Shown here: positions 61,601 through 64,000 of the stretch, piece after piece
Layout: each line of letters begins with the position of its first letter
Numbering within the stretch: position 1 is the first letter of the stretch
NCBI GenBank assembly: GCA_017484225.1
Contig: JAFUTN010000044.1
Location: 4,802-68,801, forward strand
DNA: 64,000 nt
DNA from: Alphaproteobacteria bacterium
GTDB taxonomy: Bacteria; Pseudomonadota; Alphaproteobacteria; RF32; CAG-239
Direction: 5' to 3'
Translations under genes and position numbers: made by a program
Notes under the pieces: generated by a model
Told to the model about the DNA's origin: nothing
What the model saw: the letters and a program-made list of their open reading frames with translations, nothing else
Databases searched by the model: none

Positions 61601-61867
61601 TCCGCTAACCGTTCCTTCATTAAGAATTGCACCGCCGTTTTTGTTGGATGCATCATCTGCCGGAGATAATCCGGAAAAAGACTTTCCGTCCAGATTTGCA
61701 TCATTTCCGCTTTCAACCACACAACGACTGTTTCCGTCACAGGTAATTGTTTCGGCCAATACCGGAGATACGACAAAAAACAGTCCGGTATTAATCAAAA
61801 AACACTTTTTCAAAACACTGCGATACTGTGCATTCAAAAAACCAAGGGCAGATTTGGTGTAGCGCAT
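55694..61867 (-). CDS. Type Va autotransporter, 2057 aa (beta-helical passenger plus C-terminal beta-barrel)
   Basis: Extended signal peptide (MRYTKSALGFLNAQYRSVLKKCFLINTGLFFVVSPVLA). Gly/Thr/Asn/Ser-rich passenger with GGAIY-type pectate-lyase-like repeats (GGAIYN, GGAIYSTKDV, HGGAVYMDGG). The C-terminal ~280 aa show an alternating-hydrophobic beta-barrel pattern and end in ...GAKYRF (terminal Phe). Confidence 0.8.
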   Translation of the reverse strand: MRYTKSALGFLNAQYRSVLKKCFLINTGLFFVVSPVLAETITCDGNSRCVVESGNDANLDGKSFSGLSPADDASNKNGGAILNEGTVSGTIGSLTNNKTNDGSGGAIYNTGSAITIGGDITGNSAGTNGGAIYSTKDVTITGASNITGNSASGHGGAVYMDGGNLTLNVTNELKIGNSGNHNTANGKNEAVYMNGGTLNINLTRDVHLHDLITGATTTNITSSSGSRRFYLYNESSSNDVGITDSNINVGSYVYFDTRYDNRDGVYKFGDLTLGDGRFYMSALSTGSSDVIQTGIFNGKFDSSHFSFDTPSVDESGSWQWTILKTGGGSWTASGEGGWNSYEQQVGGSVELENVDNTITWMSDYDPDTAEYTQRELGYESAIKKKIYLSKVSYLKQGDNGVYKLEKKVEDREDKGDKTADALWVATTLSPNVTCNLSSCTYSDSGAPVSRSFISQNADEVYAYNSSKARYDIFGGLYYGQLPIHGTSFDIEGKWGKDSSGNIFLSTINGAGGFYIDKNSQTGSYRETFADTFTVKNVAFQNASNLFDFKTTKKSGDKTITFTNVRLLPTSGYAIQSKTDFKIVADGTDLGDITTDDDVEGVVASTVIGSAGNSAFGIVIGQTGTEGSDAAGYVGISDVNVTFNAVNGGEIYLNQGISGVNGYKVIISGNDAKTEKFHLNSQIKWDYASASDARLNQGEINIDKITVSMLGNAVSYDGISGMYTEYKFSGGDGTIPEGYRQFTSTENARYEIDLSLGNSAAETSGSTYWWDRIVAQSADAGQYITLSKINFTDFSVDAYNSLKESGKKLQIVKNMNNKDNIQLRLEEEDGSPVEGLLFPVSSIIGAPYTDSVESETNWAENYTRGKMTEIVNGTVKLATKDTTNDSLVITEGPTTYSKDIEAGLGDNLVMVNRLNGTAAGFSSRSFDFGSFNNVKVVNNDKIVVEETEYVSDLAGQNYMGTTGAGKFVINGKSNSGGTKSTIDLNQYTGFVSGDGAEYDINNVLFTNGVNTFTFADANSIQNFTNVDFKGNSSARADEEGSAIYADKDVNLYVTGTTVTDPDSGETTDVGYTSVIKDNSGNSAVYMDGSNLNIGLSKAGVFELDDVINGTNNYAVNVGITDGSTGTFLLAGEMKDAIVTFGGGSSGTLTVNTLDNTTRDNAFKSLFSNIGTDVAKYEIDINYVTLQSDTFTTTDDYGTSTGTASNGTVLLNKLNILNSDSEFIADADVGDTYKIKVLNNANNNNALQLSMTDELREQTSVEKQVGLTEKEVSDAIKISTAWNDKYAVYNQKFGVNGILEIGTKDTANDSIVLKVTSLTPGEKTFIGYQGDTLALVNQANLGAEKEFYFNRYNNIYKVEDNLGSSSTDTFNVRGVLSSSADKASSINMNAHSGFVLNNISTLNISNVDIKNASGIDGSAIKVVNSSAKVNLTNVNLYDNNATGSGGAIYNKGTVNVMADDRDVSFEGNMVNEAANAIYNAGILNFSTTNGNKIVLADGINGDNGIINIAGDVTLKNSITDNRINLNSGNLKADDASATFGTTDSLYATGGSLTIGTNTVNLNSVVFNSGSVLDLKIRAVTDGRHGLVVADNMVVNEGAVLKATLGTGLLGGKPSVEVRLLSAGNDDFVNNFTDVVSNNMYKISKKAGEEGVYIIQYYKTAEEVSRENGGTEDNALTARNWVDLSPFDDGTVGQSIADGLFELAQNDGKKLNEALAAIAPSEAPIVKTAAITNSDRLFNMIGSHLRNNRVIQRNRSMFGRYMNSGYYQYNNTYDSYQDSYGTRYYGVSSGDNSLKYSTTWAKAYFSKGNYDDDGAISGFDLDAKGMAIGADTNLGESVRVGVGYAFDLSTAENSSRDTDITTHTGFVYGEVKPNHWFANLMASYSMSEYEEDKKALGKKFKAKYDVKYSSVQFKTGYEFIGHYINYIPEFGARVTSISRDAYTDDTTQHVDSADMKVVTGLAGLRMNKSYRVGDSAIVRPEAYLGVGYDMKSDDEKSVIQLKNGRSYTFVTSNTDKFSLEGNLGLNIKMNEKFDINMTYIGNWRGKYTEHTGTVGAKYRF

Positions 61868-61955
61868 ATTATTCCCCTATTTTTAAGTACATACTTTCAA
61901 GGAAAAATATTAGCACCGATATTATTAACAAAAAGCTAAATTTTTTTGAGATTTT

Positions 61956-64000
61956 TCAGGCGCGTCGCAAATAAGTTCCCATTACTTTATGCACACCTTT
62001 TGCACCAAAATCAACTTTGCATACCTGTCCGTCAACCTCTAAAATTTCGCCGTAACCGAAACTCTCATGGTATACACGAATACCGACAAGTGCGGAAGAT
62101 GCGCCGGAATAAGCATCATAGTTTGCATATTCGTCCTGATTATAATCATAATCCGATTTATAGCTCGGCTTTGTGGAAAATTGGTAGTTTTTTTTGCCGG
62201 AATAATACGAATTTTTACCGTATCCTCCGCCGTAAGAAGGCGATTTTCCGCTATAACAACCGCTGGTCTGATTGATAATCTGCACGGCAGATGACGGAAT
62301 TTCATCCAAAAAGCGCGAAGGCTCATTTTCCTGCAACTGACCATACAACATCCTTTGTGTCGTCGTGGTGATATACAACCGGCTTTTAGCTCTTGTTATT
62401 GCCACATAAGCTAAACGACGCTCTTCTTCCAAAGCATTTATCCCGCCTTCATCTATGCTTTTTTTATGCGGAAACAACCCCTCTTCCCATCCCGGCAAAA
62501 ATACGGTGTCAAACTCCAAACCTTTAGCCGAATGAAGTGTCATCAACATAACTTTGTTTTTATCTATAACACTGTCATTGTCCATAACCAGACTGACGTG
62601 TTCCAAAAATTCAGCCAAAGTCGGATATGTTTGTGTATCACTCATGGCATTAATCAACTCTTTTAAGTTTTCAATGCGTGCCGGAGCTTCAACCGAAGAA
62701 TCGTTTTTCAGCATATCCCAATAACCGGAATCCTCAAGCACTTCGGAGGCAAAATCTCCCGGCGTCAGTTCATTAACCTTTTTACGCCAATCGGCAAACT
62801 TGAACAGCAAATCATCCATATTTGCCTTGCTTTTACCGCTAAAAATCCCCTGTTCGTTCATCATTTCGGCGGCATCATACATGGAAACTCCGGAACGGTG
62901 AGCAAAATCACGAATTTTATCAATGGTTTTTGCGCCGATACCTCTTGCCGGTTTATTGATTATGCGCTCAAAAGCCAAATCATCATTTTTTTGCACTATT
63001 ACTCTGAAATAAGCCAATGAATCTCTGATTTCGGCACGTTCATAAAACTTTGGCCCGCCGATAACCTGATACGGTATGGCCTCACTGATAAATCTTTCTT
63101 CAAACTCACGGGTTTGCGCTGCCGTGCGCACCAAAACAGCCATATCGGAATAATTTTCTCCGGCACGACGCAAACGCATAATTTCTCCGGCAATCCATTG
63201 GGCTTCTTCCTTACCATTATACATACTCACCATTTTAATTTTACTGTTTTCCGCATACGAGGCCGGCGAATTTTCCGCAACCTTAAGAGTTTTTCCCAGT
63301 CTGGTAGAATTATGAGCAATCAAGCTGGAAGCTGCCGCCAAAATATTTGCCGTTGAACGATAATTGCGCTCCAAACGTATCACTTTTGCATCCGTAAAAT
63401 CTTTCTGGAAGCGCATAATATTTTCAATTTCGGCACCGCGCCACGAATAAATTGATTGGTCATCATCACCAACACAGCACAAGTTGCGGTATTTTTGGGA
63501 TAAAAGTCGCAAAAACAGGTATTGGGTAACATTGGTGTCTTGATACTCATCAACCATAATGTATTTAAACTGCTCCTGATATTTTTCCAAAACCTGCGCA
63601 TCCGACATCAAAATATAGAGTGTATAAAGCAAAATATCACCGAAATCCACGCAATTCAGCTCTAAAAGGCGCATTTGATATTTTTTGTATACCTGCAGCA
63701 AAACATTCGGTCTGTAATCGCGTTCGGCACGCTCCACCGTAATACCTTTGTCTTTTAAACGAGAAATACTTTCAACCAAACTTTGCGGAGGATATTTTTT
63801 ATCATCAATCCCCTCTGCTTCTAAAATTTGCTTAATCAGGCGTTTTTGATCATCTTCCCCCAAAATGGTAAAATTTGACTGCAAGCCCGCAAGATGTGCA
63901 TGACGGCGCAAAATTTTCGCACACACACCATGAAAAGTTCCGAGCCACACACTTTCGGATGCTTCACCGATAAGCGACTGCACACGCTCGCGCATTTCTT
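61956..64000 (-). CDS. UvrD/PcrA/Rep-family DNA helicase (N-terminus beyond the window end)
   Basis: Contains helicase motifs (…WLGTFHGVCAKIL…, …MVDEYQDTN…, …VGDDDQSIYSWRGA…, …NYRST…, …TLHSAKGLEFDTVF…, …LAYVAITRAK…). The Met at 63995 is internal, since the reading frame stays open to base 64000. Tyr/Gly-rich linker before the C-terminal Tudor-like domain. Confidence 0.85.
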   Translation of the reverse strand, partial: EMRERVQSLIGEASESVWLGTFHGVCAKILRRHAHLAGLQSNFTILGEDDQKRLIKQILEAEGIDDKKYPPQSLVESISRLKDKGITVERAERDYRPNVLLQVYKKYQMRLLELNCVDFGDILLYTLYILMSDAQVLEKYQEQFKYIMVDEYQDTNVTQYLFLRLLSQKYRNLCCVGDDDQSIYSWRGAEIENIMRFQKDFTDAKVIRLERNYRSTANILAAASSLIAHNSTRLGKTLKVAENSPASYAENSKIKMVSMYNGKEEAQWIAGEIMRLRRAGENYSDMAVLVRTAAQTREFEERFISEAIPYQVIGGPKFYERAEIRDSLAYFRVIVQKNDDLAFERIINKPARGIGAKTIDKIRDFAHRSGVSMYDAAEMMNEQGIFSGKSKANMDDLLFKFADWRKKVNELTPGDFASEVLEDSGYWDMLKNDSSVEAPARIENLKELINAMSDTQTYPTLAEFLEHVSLVMDNDSVIDKNKVMLMTLHSAKGLEFDTVFLPGWEEGLFPHKKSIDEGGINALEEERRLAYVAITRAKSRLYITTTTQRMLYGQLQENEPSRFLDEIPSSAVQIINQTSGCYSGKSPSYGGGYGKNSYYSGKKNYQFSTKPSYKSDYDYNQDEYANYDAYSGASSALVGIRVYHESFGYGEILEVDGQVCKVDFGAKGVHKVMGTYLRRA

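Overview
This 64 kb window looks like chromosomal DNA from a low-GC (roughly 35-40%), probably anaerobic, diderm bacterium. The diderm call rests on a TolC-like outer-membrane factor, a 2057-aa type Va autotransporter and a lipid A/LPS-type phosphoethanolamine transferase; the anaerobe call rests on the [FeFe]-hydrogenase maturase HydF and a C_GCAxxG_C_C protein. I cannot place the lineage from sequence alone. Housekeeping genes recognised by motif are typA/bipA (3' end), ettA, gyrB, fabF, acpP, tRNA-Arg(CCU), tatD, alr, an ihfA/hup-like gene, glgP, glgX, rnhA, mltG, pgpA, dgkA and a uvrD/pcrA-type helicase that runs off the window end. About half of the window (9.7-19.3 kb and 26.7-35.9 kb) is surface-glycan/LPS biosynthesis: more than 12 glycosyltransferases of families GT2, GT4 and GT8, an EptA-like transferase, gmd plus an rmd-like reductase, a sugar nucleotidyltransferase and a PRTase-HAD fusion. 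The most striking feature is that nearly every glycosyltransferase in this locus carries 1-3 tandem copies of the same ~17-residue basic/hydrophobic repeat at its C-terminus (consensus K-x-Y-x-L-F-G-x-P-I-F-K-I-K), and one 70-aa ORF consists only of this repeat. I cannot assign the repeat to any described family. Other highlights are a 1.7 kb segment holding an orphan 532-aa gene bracketed by perfect 28-bp direct repeats that contain a sigma70-like promoter, with the second copy feeding a short terminator-delimited transcript. There is also a vWA-PP2C-Ser/Thr-kinase 'TerY-P triad' operon. Two candidate structured ncRNAs are bounded by promoter and terminator: about 180 nt with a 6S-like closing stem at 54.7 kb, and about 335 nt at 49.2 kb. 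Two secreted Cys-rich/LRR eukaryote-like proteins 54 kb apart share a near-identical ~28-aa C-terminal tag. A PRPP-dependent ribofuranosyltransferase-phosphatase-like fusion sits in the glycan locus, and there are several orphan large proteins. No CRISPR array, rRNA or intact transposase/integrase was seen.
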